DNA of 62,305 nucleotides, filler included. It is 9 parts of 9 records of this genome, joined end to end, with 100 filler letters (N's around TTAATTAATTAA, not from the genome) between each part and the next. Parts side by side here need not be neighbours in the genome. Positions count along the whole stretch, not along the records: positions 49,710 to 55,114 come from SRR31147125_13060; positions 55,215 to 62,305 come from SRR31147125_13065; 7 more parts are not named here. One strand, 5' to 3'. The notes beneath the pieces were generated by a model. That model made no database searches. It was not told where the DNA came from and saw only the letters and a list, made by a program, of their open reading frames with translations. Positions 50,967-62,305 of this stretch are shown here, in pieces; within the stretch, counting starts at the first letter, position 1; each line of letters starts with the position of its first letter. The position numbers were made by a program, and so were the translations under genes.

Positions 50967-52334
50967 TTAACTGAAATTTAGTAATCCTACTTTATTAAGA
51001 AGAACAATGGCAATGGCAATTGGCGCAATAAACTTAACCAAAAACATAAATGTGCTTAACAAAGCTCCTGAAAGTTTTCCTCCCTTTGCAACCTCGGCCT
51101 TCACTCTGTCTTTACCAAAAATCCATCCGATAAAGAAAGCGATAAACATACCACCAATTGGCAATAATAGATTGGCCGATATCCAATCCATCAAATCAAA
51201 TATACTTAATCCAAATAAAGTATAAGGAGCAAACACACCCATCGACAATGAGCAAAGAATGCCTAAAATCGAAATCAGAACAGCAGCAAGAACTGTTGAC
51301 ACGTTCCTTTTCATATTAAATTCTTCCTTAAAATAAGCAACAACTACTTCCAGAATAGAGATTGAAGAAGTGAGTGCTGCAACAGTTAAAAGGATGAAAA
51401 ATAATATTGAAAATAAGAAACCACCCGGCATTTGATGAAATACGTTAGGTAGCGTTACAAAGATTAATCCCGGCCCTTCGGAAGGTGCAATATTAAAAGC
51501 AAATACTGCAGGGAAGATTGCGATACCTGCCAATATTGCAATTATCGTATCGGCAAGAGTTACATTAACAGCAGTACGCACCAAATTATTTTCATTATTA
51601 ATATAAGACCCATAAGTAATTAGGGTACCCATACCCAGACTTAATGTAAAAAAAGCATGTCCTAATGCACTTAAGATTCCATCTCCGGTTAACTTCGAGA
51701 AATCGGGTTTAAAAAGAAACTCTAATCCGGCTTTTGCTCCTTCAAGAGTTACCGATTTTATGCATAAGGCAATTAAAATTATCACCAAGAGAGGCATTAA
51801 GATTTTTGTATATTTTTCAATTCCTTTTTTAATGCCAATAACAACAATACCGGCTGTTACCACCATAAATAGTAACTGAAACATTACGGGTTTAACCGGA
51901 GATTGCGTAAACGTTGTAAAAAGATTCGTGATTTCTTCGGGGCTCTTCGATGAAAAACCATCTTGCAAAGAAAGAATAACATATTGCACACTCCAACCTG
52001 CAACAACACCGTAAAACGACAGAATTAGGAATGCGGCACTTACTCCTAAAATTCCTACATATCTCCAGGGAGTGCCTGGAGCCAGAATTTTAAACGCCCC
52101 AAATGCATTTCGTTTTGAACTTCGTCCGATAACTAACTCGGATAGCATTACCGGCAAACCAATTGCCAGGATAAAACCTAAATACACAAATAAGAAAGCT
52201 GCCCCACCGTATATACCGGTGATATAAGGAAACTTCCAAATATTTCCGAGACCAACTGCCGAACCTGCAGCAGCTGCAATTACACCAAACTTTGAACCAA
52301 ACGAGTCGCGATTAGCCGAAGGAATATCCGCCAT
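50967..52334 (-). CDS. Sodium-dependent transporter, NSS/SNF family
   Basis: AAAGSAVGLGNIWKFPY, FFTLSLGMG..ITYGSY, GPGL.F.TLP, AALTSSIS.LE. Confidence 0.95.
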   Translation of the reverse strand: MADIPSANRDSFGSKFGVIAAAAGSAVGLGNIWKFPYITGIYGGAAFLFVYLGFILAIGLPVMLSELVIGRSSKRNAFGAFKILAPGTPWRYVGILGVSAAFLILSFYGVVAGWSVQYVILSLQDGFSSKSPEEITNLFTTFTQSPVKPVMFQLLFMVVTAGIVVIGIKKGIEKYTKILMPLLVIILIALCIKSVTLEGAKAGLEFLFKPDFSKLTGDGILSALGHAFFTLSLGMGTLITYGSYINNENNLVRTAVNVTLADTIIAILAGIAIFPAVFAFNIAPSEGPGLIFVTLPNVFHQMPGGFLFSILFFILLTVAALTSSISILEVVVAYFKEEFNMKRNVSTVLAAVLISILGILCSLSMGVFAPYTLFGLSIFDLMDWISANLLLPIGGMFIAFFIGWIFGKDRVKAEVAKGGKLSGALLSTFMFLVKFIAPIAIAIVLLNKVGLLNFS

Positions 52335-52450
52335 AAAATTCTAATTAAAATTTTTAATGCCCTTTTACTATCAACCTTTTACAAATTGAGCACCAAAAAT
52401 GCAAAAAAATAACACATCTCAAAAAAACTTTGAAATAAAAAGACATAAAT

Positions 52451-54793
52451 TTAAAATGGGTAGCCAATAGCAAACGAAAGCGTAAAATCGTCGCCGGTTA
52501 ATTTACGGTCGCCAATAATCCATTTGTGCCCCTCTTCGTTCGATGGTTCGCGGAGTTTCATCCCTAAATCGGCCCGCAAAATAAAATAGTTTAAATCGAA
52601 TCGAAGTCCGGTACCGGTACCCACTGCAAATTGTCGATAAAATTCGTCGAACTTAAAAATTGCACCTTCACGATTGTCGTTACTATTTATTGCCCAAATA
52701 TTACCGGCATCAATAAACAGAGCACCTTCAAGGCTTCCCATTAACTTAAAGCGATATTCTATATTTGCTTCAAGCTTCATATCCGAGGCCTGGTTTGGAT
52801 ATGCGTCATCATCGGCTTCATATGTACCCGGCCCCAGAGAACGAACCTGCCACGCTCTTATTCCATTTGCTCCTCCGGTATAATACTGTTTCTCGTATGG
52901 CAAAACAGTGGAGTTACCATACGGAATCCCAACACCAATAAAAGTACGCCCAACTATGGTATTGTATTTATCAATTTTAATGGCTCTTCTGAACTCAATA
53001 TCTGCTTTTATATATTGCGAATACTGGGTATTGAAAAATTGGTAATAATCATTAGTAAGTCCGGTTAATGTATCAACCGAAGAGTAACCTTTCTGTCCGG
53101 TTAATTCAGAAATAGCATAAAGCAGATTGCCGGCCGACTCTATATTAAACCGCATGTAGCTATAATTATCGTTTGTACCTAAACGCTGATTATTATAAAT
53201 AAGCGAATAATTCATTGCAAAAATAAAGTGGTCGGTATAACTACTTTTAATATACAAGTCTTGAATAGAGCTAATAAAATCTTCATCAAATTCGTACAAC
53301 TTAACCACATTCACATCTAACAGATTCCAACTGTTGCTAACTTTCTGAGACGATTTCCAATTGTAGCCAAATTCAACGTTAGTAATGGTTCTGGTATATT
53401 CTGGTCTGCGTTGATAGTTATAACCACTGGCAATAACCGTTTTTGGAAGATTTTTCTCGAAACTTCGAATATATTTACCCGGCCCAAGTAGTTTGGGAAC
53501 AGACAGGCTAAACTCAGCACCAAATTCGCGGGTATTATAATATTCCGAAACGCCATCATCGCTCCAACTCATTCTTTCGGTTGCTCCTTTTAGCCTTACC
53601 TGAAAAACTTCGGCACCTTTAAAAAGATTTCGATGTTGGTAATAAATATTACCGGCAACTCCCAGGTTTCCCGAAGAGTTGGTTCCTTCAATATCGAATG
53701 ATGTTGATTGTTTATTAAGAGGCGCCAAACGAACATTGCAATCGAGTAAACTCGAATCTTTTTCTTGCTTAGATTCTGAAAACTGAATATCGACAAAACG
53801 AAACTGCTTGAGGCGGCTAAAGGCATTAAACGTATTTTCCACCTCTGAGACACTAAATAAATCTCCGCTTTTCATCTGGTTAGTCCGGTCGAATAATGCA
53901 GGTGGATATTTAATTTGTTTGTTCAGGTACAAATGCGAATTGTCCCAGTCCAGGGTGTCTGAAAATATTCGGGCATTATTTTGCTTAGCTGTTACCGGTG
54001 TGTTTCCGGGCATTATCGAAAAATAGAAGTCGTTTAAATAATACGGTCTTAATATTCTTGCAGAATCGGCCTGACTTCCAATCGACTCTCCTACAAACAA
54101 ATCGAGAATGACCTGTTTGTCGTACAATGTAGTATCGGCAACATAACGAACCTGATTTTTTGCAAAATAAAAGTATCCATTATCGCGGTAAAGTTTTACA
54201 ATTTTCTTTTGCTGCTTTTCAAGTTCGAATATATCAAAAGGCATTCCCGGCTTAAAGTGCATTTTAACCGAATCTTTCATATAAAGCTCTTTCAGCTCCT
54301 GATTCACAAAATGATAATTTACCTTTCTGATTTTATATTGCTCGCCGGTATTAACCTTAAATTTCAATTCGGCCTTTTTTCGCTTTTCATTAATATCTAA
54401 CAGGTCTTTAATTTCGGCCCTGTAGTAGCCCTTGTTGTCCATATACTGACGTAATTGATCAACCGAACGATTTGTCATCACCTCGTCGTAAAGCTGCGGT
54501 GCCTCTCCAATACGCTTTAACCAATCATTCGTCTTTTTCTTCGAAGACATATTATAAAGCAACAAATAGAATTTTATAAAACCCAAAATTTTATAATTCT
54601 CCTTTTGCCGAACGAAAGATTTGGCTTCTTCTTTATTAATCTCGGGATCATCAATTTCAAGGTCGACTTTACTTAAAAGGTATTTATCCTGGGGAACAAA
54701 CCGGGTTTGAGAGCACGATGAAAGAATAACTACTGACAATAGTAATCCCCATTTTACAATACGCTTCTTTCCTTTATTTATACTTAAGCTCAA
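52451..54793 (-). CDS. Omp85-family TamL/BamA-like outer-membrane lipoprotein
   Basis: Lipobox LSSC; POTRA-like NKGYY; HRNLFKGAE; YTGGANGIRAW..R.LGPG; DAGNIW; C-terminal AIGYPF. Confidence 0.9.
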   Translation of the reverse strand: MSLSINKGKKRIVKWGLLLSVVILSSCSQTRFVPQDKYLLSKVDLEIDDPEINKEEAKSFVRQKENYKILGFIKFYLLLYNMSSKKKTNDWLKRIGEAPQLYDEVMTNRSVDQLRQYMDNKGYYRAEIKDLLDINEKRKKAELKFKVNTGEQYKIRKVNYHFVNQELKELYMKDSVKMHFKPGMPFDIFELEKQQKKIVKLYRDNGYFYFAKNQVRYVADTTLYDKQVILDLFVGESIGSQADSARILRPYYLNDFYFSIMPGNTPVTAKQNNARIFSDTLDWDNSHLYLNKQIKYPPALFDRTNQMKSGDLFSVSEVENTFNAFSRLKQFRFVDIQFSESKQEKDSSLLDCNVRLAPLNKQSTSFDIEGTNSSGNLGVAGNIYYQHRNLFKGAEVFQVRLKGATERMSWSDDGVSEYYNTREFGAEFSLSVPKLLGPGKYIRSFEKNLPKTVIASGYNYQRRPEYTRTITNVEFGYNWKSSQKVSNSWNLLDVNVVKLYEFDEDFISSIQDLYIKSSYTDHFIFAMNYSLIYNNQRLGTNDNYSYMRFNIESAGNLLYAISELTGQKGYSSVDTLTGLTNDYYQFFNTQYSQYIKADIEFRRAIKIDKYNTIVGRTFIGVGIPYGNSTVLPYEKQYYTGGANGIRAWQVRSLGPGTYEADDDAYPNQASDMKLEANIEYRFKLMGSLEGALFIDAGNIWAINSNDNREGAIFKFDEFYRQFAVGTGTGLRFDLNYFILRADLGMKLREPSNEEGHKWIIGDRKLTGDDFTLSFAIGYPF

Positions 54794-54886
54794 ACCAAAT
54801 ATTCTTTTTATTCAACAAAAATAACCAAGAGTTTTTTTAGAAAGAGTAACTTTACTTTAAATATTATATTAAACTGATAACGATCG

Positions 54887-55114
54887 ATGATAAGTAAAAG
54901 TACAATAAAACTTGTTAAATCTCTTTCACTAAAAAAATTCAGGAACAAAGAAAGTCTTTTTTTGGTTGAAGGCGACAAAATGGTGTTGGAGCTTTTCAAG
55001 TCGGATATAAATATTAAGGAATTATTTATTACGAATGAATTTTCTCAACAGTTTAAATTCGATGCCGGTAAGGTTGAAAAGATAAGCGAAGTTGATAAAC
55101 AGGAACTAAAAAAA
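54887..55114 (+). CDS. TrmH/SpoU-family RNA methyltransferase, N-terminus (truncated)
   Basis: MISKSTIKLVKSL..KKFR....FLVEG.KMV.EL; divergent from the tamL-like gene as commonly seen in Bacteroidota. Confidence 0.8.
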
Positions 55115-55214
55115 NNNNNNNNNNNNNNNNNNNNNNNNNNNNNNNNNNNNNNNNNNNNTTAATTAATTAANNNNNNNNNNNNNNNNNNNNNNNNNNNNNN
55201 NNNNNNNNNNNNNN
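55115..55214. other. Artificial contig spacer
   Basis: 44 N + TTAATTAATTAA + 44 N. Confidence 0.98.
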
Positions 55215-58200
55215 TGTCAACCACGTTATACGCGCTGAATTCGTACTGATATCCAGTGCCGTTATATCTGTGATAACCGGTGGCGCCGTATCCGGTGTAT
55301 ATGTCACTCGAATCTGATCAAAGCCAACATTACCAGATGTATCCTCAGCACTTATATTTAATATATTTAATCCCGGGACTAGTGTAATTCCTGAAATACT
55401 CCATTCCTCGATTCCCGTAGCGATTCCGTTGGTATCTGCTGTCACATTTTCCCATTTTACAATTGATACAAATCTATTATCACTTGAGGTTCCGGCTAAT
55501 GCTATAGAATTATTATTAGTCAGGAATGTTGAATCGCTCGTTGGTATAGTAATCATCACAAGAGGAGATATTGTATCAGGTTCCAGAACTGTGATGATCA
55601 CTCTAGCTGTATCTGAAAGATCATTGTTATCATTGACAATCAATTCCGTTGAATACTCACCCGGGGCATTAAAAACGTGAGTGGGATTTTTATCTTGTGA
55701 AAAAGCACCATCCTGAAAATTCCAATAGTAAGAGACACTGGATGTATCTGAAGGTTCTCGCCCACCTGTAAACTGCACTGCCAAAGGAGCCTCCCCAACG
55801 AGAGGTGTCGCACTGGCAATTGCTGTAAGCGTCGGAGTGACTGTTGTCGTAAAGATGTTATTTTCAAATACGGATTCATTATTTTGATCATCTTTAGCTC
55901 GCACTCTAAAAGCATATTGTGTTTCAGGTTGAAGATTTGTCAGAATAATTGAATGTAAAGTCGTGAGATCAATCCCATTTTGAACCGAATCGTATTGTGT
56001 ATTGACAAAACCATCAAACCACTGACGAGACATGACGTAATAGCCACCGTCATTGGGATGCAAGTAATCAGACATCCATTCATTCGCCCAATTACTATTG
56101 TCCAGAAATTCCTGAGCGATGTCAACTAGATAAATATTTTTACCTGTGTTCTTTAACGAAGAAACCAGACCCGGCATTTGATTATTAACTTCTTGCGTAA
56201 CAGGTTGTCTCTCATCCTGTCTGGGGATTATGGTTGAAAGATATATTTTTATATTTGGATCATAATTATAAATAGTATTAATCAGGTTTGACAAATCATT
56301 CATTATTGTACTTGCTTTGTGACCAGAGGAGACATCATTGGTACCAACATGTAATAAAAGGGATTGCGGCGAATAATTAGCAAGATAGCTATTAATATTG
56401 GCAGTAATCTCGTTTATAGTCCAGCCACTGTGACCTTCATGGTCAATATCTGCAATTCCATCTCCATCCTTCAAACTGCCAACGAAATCAAATCCAGTGC
56501 CAAATTTTGCCAGCAATTTAATTAGATTTGAGCGGTATCCGGCAATATCAGTTGAGCCAACGCCTCGAGTAATGCTGTCGCCAAGTGGCATAATACGATT
56601 ATTATCATGTGCGTTTGTATCGTATTCAATAGATCCAAATGTTTCACGATCTGTAGTAAAGGTTATTTGAACAGTATTGTGTCTAATGTCACTAATATTT
56701 ACGTTCGAAATTTCCGGGCCTGTTTCCACTTCACTTTGCGGGAACTCGAACACCCATAAAGCAAAATTATTATCATCATAATCGCCAACATTTGTCATTG
56801 TGCCCGTTAATACTGTCCCCTCACTGAACAGTATTTCCACGCTCATGTTACGATTACTCCAATCCAAATCACTCCCGGTGCCATTATTATCAGAAGATCC
56901 GGCTCCCAGGCCAGACCCACTAAAAGTAAGGATTACCTCTTGTGCATTGTTATCATCGTTATTAGCACCAACATTTGGAGATACTGTAAACGTACTACCT
57001 TGTTTAAATACATCAAAAGTCCCCGGATCAGAACCGGTAAATGTTATGGACGTTATTGACGCTGAAACAGAATTATTAACAACACGAAAAGTAAAGTCTT
57101 CATATTCATCATAAGGATCTATTTCAACACGAACACTCAAATCGGACGTTACATTATCCATGGTCGTGCCGGAAACACCATTTGAAATCGGTGAAATATT
57201 GAGACTTTCATCTAACGTTTTTATAGCAAAATAATAGGTTGTTGATGACTCTAATCCTTCAACAGTAAAAGTCTCATTGGTGCCGGGGAAAGCAGGCTGT
57301 GGCATATTATTAACTTTTACAGCATTGAGAAAATTTCTCAGTAACAGGACTCGTTGAATATCTCAAATCATAACCAGATGCTATCCCTGTAATACTGTCA
57401 TCACCGGACGCTGTCCAGCTTAGATCGATAGATGTCGGGGATGTACCAGTTACTGATAAATCAGTAACTGCGGCCGGCGCTATTTCATCATCTAATATTT
57501 CACGGCTAATCGAAAAATCATCTATATTATTATTTAAATTCCCTCTAAGCATAAGACCAGCATAATAAATGTCACTATTGCCTTCTACCTTGTTGGGATC
57601 CGTTATTCTACCATCAAACTGCCCATTAATATAGCAATCAAAATGATGACCATCTGCATCTGTGCTCATTATTACCTTAAATTCATCACCTGGTGAAGGG
57701 GATATCTGCTGACCGGCCTGGGTTCCCAACGCCTGAACAGGACTTCCATTCTGAATGCGCCAGAGATCAATATTATTATTACTTGTATGTCGCCATAATA
57801 AATAACCATTCGCATTTGTGTTTAGCGAATCTAACATGAGGGCGAATCCACCTGAATTAATTCCTTCAGCATCAGAATTCTGTCCCCATCGAAAAGAGAC
57901 CTGTAAAGGATTGATCATAGCCTTGTAAACCGCCAGAAAATCCCATCCAGTAGTAGTTGAAGTATTGGATAATTCATTATTTACAATCTGAAAAGCAGGA
58001 TCTGCTTCCCAATTAAGTCCCAATTCCTCTCTATTGAAATGATCCACCGCTGAAGTAACAGTTGTTATCTCTTCCAAAGTAGTAAACGTTAATGTATCAC
58101 TTGTAGCAATATTGCCTGCTGCATCACTTGAAATAGCCCGATAATAATAGGTTGTATTCGGTAGCAATTCACTGATGACGACATCATGCGCCGTTTCCCA

Positions 58201-61200
58201 ATTCAATGACAAATCACTTTGCTGGCCGAATTGATCAGTTAGTCCAAATTCTACCTGGCTGTTGCTCAATTCATCAGTTGACCATGTCACACGAGCTGCT
58301 CTATCCGTTACTTCTAATACATTAACATCACTAATAACTGGCTCGGTCTCATCTAGAATTCGCTCGGGTGTTGTAAAAGTATAATCAACACTCTCAGCCA
58401 AATTGCCATTTTCATCCCTGGATTTAACACGAAAATGGTATATTGTATCAGGTAATAGTTCTGTCAATAAAACGTTATGACTGGTAAGCAGTTCAGCAAT
58501 CAGACTAGTTTCGCTTCCATACGTGATATCCGTTCCATATTCCACCTGACTATCACTCAACTCATCGGTAATCCATGTGATTCGCGCTGTACTGTCATTA
58601 ACATCAATAACATTAATATCGCTTATAACAGGCGCTGTCTCATCAACAATCCGTTCGAGCGTCGTAAATGTTAAATCTGCACTCACTGTTAAATTGCCAC
58701 TCATATCCCGAGACTTGACCCGATAGTGATACGTAGTGGCTGATTGCAATTCTGTCAATAAAACGCTATGACTCGAGACTGATTCAGAAACAAGATTACT
58801 TTCGCTTCCATAGGTATTGTCTGTTCCATACTCCACCTGAGTGTCACTCTGTTCATCGGTTGACCATGAGATACGAGCCGTACTATCACTTATTTCTGTT
58901 ACACCAATATCGCTGATTACAGGCCCTGTCAGGTCCACGATCCCCTCAGATTCCACTTCCAACACCCACAGGTCAGGATTGCTATCATCGCTGTCGCCTG
59001 AATTATTAAATTGCCCGTTTAGAGCACTACCATCACTAAATGCAATTTCAGCACTCAGACTTTTAGTACTCCAATCAAGATCGCTCCCCCGACCATTGTC
59101 GTTTGATGATCCGGCAGCCAATCCTGAACCATAAAAGTCAAGTGTTAGTTCACCGGCACTATTACTATCATTATTTGCCCCCACATCCGGGTTAACATTG
59201 AAACTACTACCTTTCTTGAACACATCAAAAGTTCCATCATCGACACCAGATAGTCTAATCGAAGTAATAGAAGAAGAGTCAGAATTGTTATAAACCCGAA
59301 ATGTAAAATATTCATATTGATCGTATGGATCTACCTCCAGGCGAGCCCTTAATATAGAAACAATTTCCAGAGTCGTAAACGTTAAATCCGCACTCACAGA
59401 AAAATTACCAGAATTATCTGTTGACTGAACTTTAAAATGATATGTTGTATTCCTGTTCAATCCTGAAAGCTGAACAGAATGATCGGTTACAAAATCAGGA
59501 TTTACGTTTTCATTACCATAATTTGAATCCAGACCAAACTCAACCTGACTATCACTCATTTCATCCGTGGACCACGTAATACGAGCACTAGTAGTCGTGA
59601 CATTCTCCACTAAAATGTTACTAATAATGGGTGCCACGTTATCTGTAGGCGTCGTAAATGTAAAATCATCACCGACAGAGATGTTCCCGGAGGGATCTGT
59701 TGATATAACCCGAAAATGATAGGTCGTGTCTGCGATTAATCCTGATATCGATATTGAATGAGAAAGAACAATATCTTCATCTAAAATCGTTATATTACCA
59801 TAGTTGGCATCAAAACCAAATTCAACCTGAGAATCACTCATCTCATCGGTATCCCAGGTTATGGTTGCAGTATACGACGTTATATCAGTAGACAGCACAT
59901 TCGAGATGACCGGAGGTATCATATCATCGAGTGTTTTAAATGAATAATCATTACTGACATTCCATTTACCCGACGCATCCTGTGAAACTATACGATAATG
60001 ATAATTGGTATCTGCCAATAGTCCCGAAAGTGTTAATTCATGTTGGGTTGTCAGATTATTATCCAGTTGATAAAATGCACCATAGGTAGAATCAATCCCA
60101 TATTCCACTCGTGATTCAGTTAATTCACTGGAATTCCATCCGATTGTTGCTTCAAACATACCGATGTTTGTTACATTTACGTCTGATATTGTTAACTGAG
60201 CACGGTCTACTAACGCTAACCATATTTGTGATGTATCTGGCGATGTCAATATGGTTTGCTCGCTCTCCTCAATTTTCTGAGCGCTTATAAATTCAGCGGT
60301 ATTGGGATTAAACCAATTTAATTGTAAATCATCATTGCTGTTGTCAATCGCCAGATTTACACTTCCTCCTTTTGGGAAATAGAGTGCATATACATTACCT
60401 GGGTTTGCCAAACAATACGCTTCATTAGGCTCTCGCTCCGACAACAATTCCTGGTGAGTTTCTACATCAAACAAGTTAAAAGCATTTGTAAATGTTTGTG
60501 CGCTTGCTATTGTTTGTTGAGCTAACGCATTTAATCCGATACCGCCATTTGGCCTGTGAAATCGAGTGCTGGCGCATCCCGCGAAGATATTTTGCCACCA
60601 ACGATCCAGATTAAGATGGGCATCCTCGGTACCATCCTCATATCGTTGATATACTTTATCATTAGTCAGGGGGCGAGCACCACCATTACTCAGAACGGCG
60701 TTTTTAGCCCATATGATTTTATCATAATGAGTTTGCTCAACCTGCCAATTATTCTGAGAAATATCAAAGAACTCAAAAAGGTTCGGATGTTCATAGGTGC
60801 CCTTGTGTTGATCATCCTGAATATCATGATCATCCCACATTTCAGTGAGCAATATGGTTTCATTGGCTCTTTCTGCTTTTTGTTTTATATAATTTGCCCA
60901 ATACCAGGCCCATTCAGCAGGTGCGCGCGTTTCATTATCAATACAATAGAGAACATTGTTATATTTTGAACTTATATTGAGTAGTTTGCCCACAAATCTC
61001 TGTTGATACTTGAGAAGAACCTTATCATTATTTTCAGCAGGCACACTAAAAACAAAAGGTTGTGGATTAAATGCCGGATGATGGGGCCATTCCGTTTCCA
61101 GTTGTGTGTTTTCAATAGTATAATTTATGTTATTCGCCGGATTGAACGGATTTGTCAACCAATTATCCTGATAAAAATCAAAAGTAGCCCAAATCTCAAT

Positions 61201-62305
61201 TTGAACAATAATATCCCGAGATGCCGCTTCTCGCAGGCAATCTTCAAATCGAGTCCAATATTCAGGATTAAACGTATTCAGATCGTACTTGCCTTCCGTA
61301 TTCTGCAGATAAGGTAATACATTGCCATCATTGCGTCCGGACATGGTACAACGAACATAATTTCCACCAATTTGCTGCAAGCTGTTAAAATTCTCAATCA
61401 TTAAATCCGGAAAATTAAATATATTATCTTCATCAGATCCACCTATTAATAAAACAGGTTCGCCTTTATATTCAAAATAATAGGGATTATTTGCATAAAC
61501 ACGAATTGCTCCTTGCGGTATTGGACCAAATGTATAATCTGTAATGACAGTAGAATCTCCACTTGTTGTCACATTATGTGCCTTATCGCCGGATTTGACA
61601 CGGAAATGATAAGTGGTATTTGAAGCAAGTCCGGTGACTGTCACACTGTGTTGTGTGACCTTGTTTGTATCAGATACCGAATTACCATAATTCACATCTA
61701 TTCCATATTCAACATAACTATCACTTGTCTCATCAGTGCTCCATGTGATCGCAAATCCACTTTCTGTTATGTTGATTATGTTAATATCTGAAATTAATGG
61801 AAATGTAGTATCAGGTTTTGCTGCTGTCTGAAAAGTGAAATCCGCACTATATGAAATGTCTCCATCGCTGTCCTGAGATCCTACCCGAAACAAATAATTC
61901 GTATTTGCATCAAGGCCTTCTAACTGTACACTATGATCTATGACCAGATCCGTCTCAAGGCGCTCATTCACATAACTTGTATCTAAACCATAATATACCC
62001 GGCTGTCGCTTGTTTCATTTGTATTCCATTGCACCAGGACAGTACTATCGGTTATATTGGTCACATTGATATTTGAAATAATCGGAGGAATGTCGCCGGG
62101 ATCCTGTAGTGTAGCAAACGACAAGTCCTCACTCTGAGCTAAATTATCTAAATTATCACTTGAATTTACCCGAAAATAATAGGTCAGGTTGGCTGACAGG
62201 CCAGTTAACGTGACGCTATGACTGGTGACAAGAGACGCATCAAGTGAGCTTTGGCTGCCATAATTTGTATCAAGTCCATATTCCACCTGACTGTTACCAG
62301 GCTCG
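55215..62305 (-). CDS. Giant multidomain extracellular protein (>2300 aa; both ends truncated; frameshift at about 57335): ~12 FN3/PAP-N repeats, GH-A-like barrel, SGNH hydrolase, PKD, Ig-like
   Basis: ORFs 57310-62286 and 55167-57305 join within one FN3 (YDLRYSTSPVTE-NFLNAVKVNNMPQP). Repeats P.IS.....T...A.I.W.TDE.SDSQVEYG...YG...H.V.L..L...T.YH.RV.S.D..GN; GDSIT/GTND/DYLHP; G.APL.V.F..Y.W.F.DG..NP.H.F PKD. Confidence 0.88.

Overview
This window is not one genomic locus. It is nine unrelated metagenomic contigs joined by an artificial 100-bp spacer (44 N + TTAATTAATTAA + 44 N) at 6470, 11888, 19375, 27442, 33908, 40162, 49610 and 55115. Contig A (1-6469, low-GC Mollicute/Bacillota-like): IS110 element, housekeeping genes, PAS-GGDEF cyclase, XRE regulator, RelE-type toxin. 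Contig B (6570-11887): defence/stress island with a DarT1-associated NADAR-type gene, two TerY-like vWA genes, a PP2C phosphatase and a Ser/Thr kinase that appears fused to a TM helix and NPCBM-like repeats. Contig C (11988-19374): mercury-methylation gene hgcA, preceded by an AbrB-fold hgcC-like gene with a perfect 18-bp palindrome upstream, next to three secreted glycosidase-like lipoproteins. Contig D: ppdK, DUF1287, trpEGDCFBA. Contig E: a TopA-like gene lacking the GIGRPST motif, xerC, hpf with a structured leader, hprK, PTS IIA/IIB, a Cys-rich unknown, proS. Contig F: lsrR/lsrACDB-like AI-2 uptake locus with paired operators. Contig G: glycan genes and a 1.85-kaa repeat surface protein with a MYXO-CTERM-like tail. 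Contig H: Bacteroidota-type comEA-like, NSS transporter, tamL-like, trmH-like. Contig I: giant FN3-repeat surface enzyme. About ten genes are split by single-base indels, mostly in homopolymers and most likely sequencing errors. The best leads are the hgcC-hgcA candidate operator, the membrane-anchored TerY-P kinase, the degenerate TopA and the hpf leader. All family calls come from motif recognition by eye; no database search was run, and taxonomic hints are inference.
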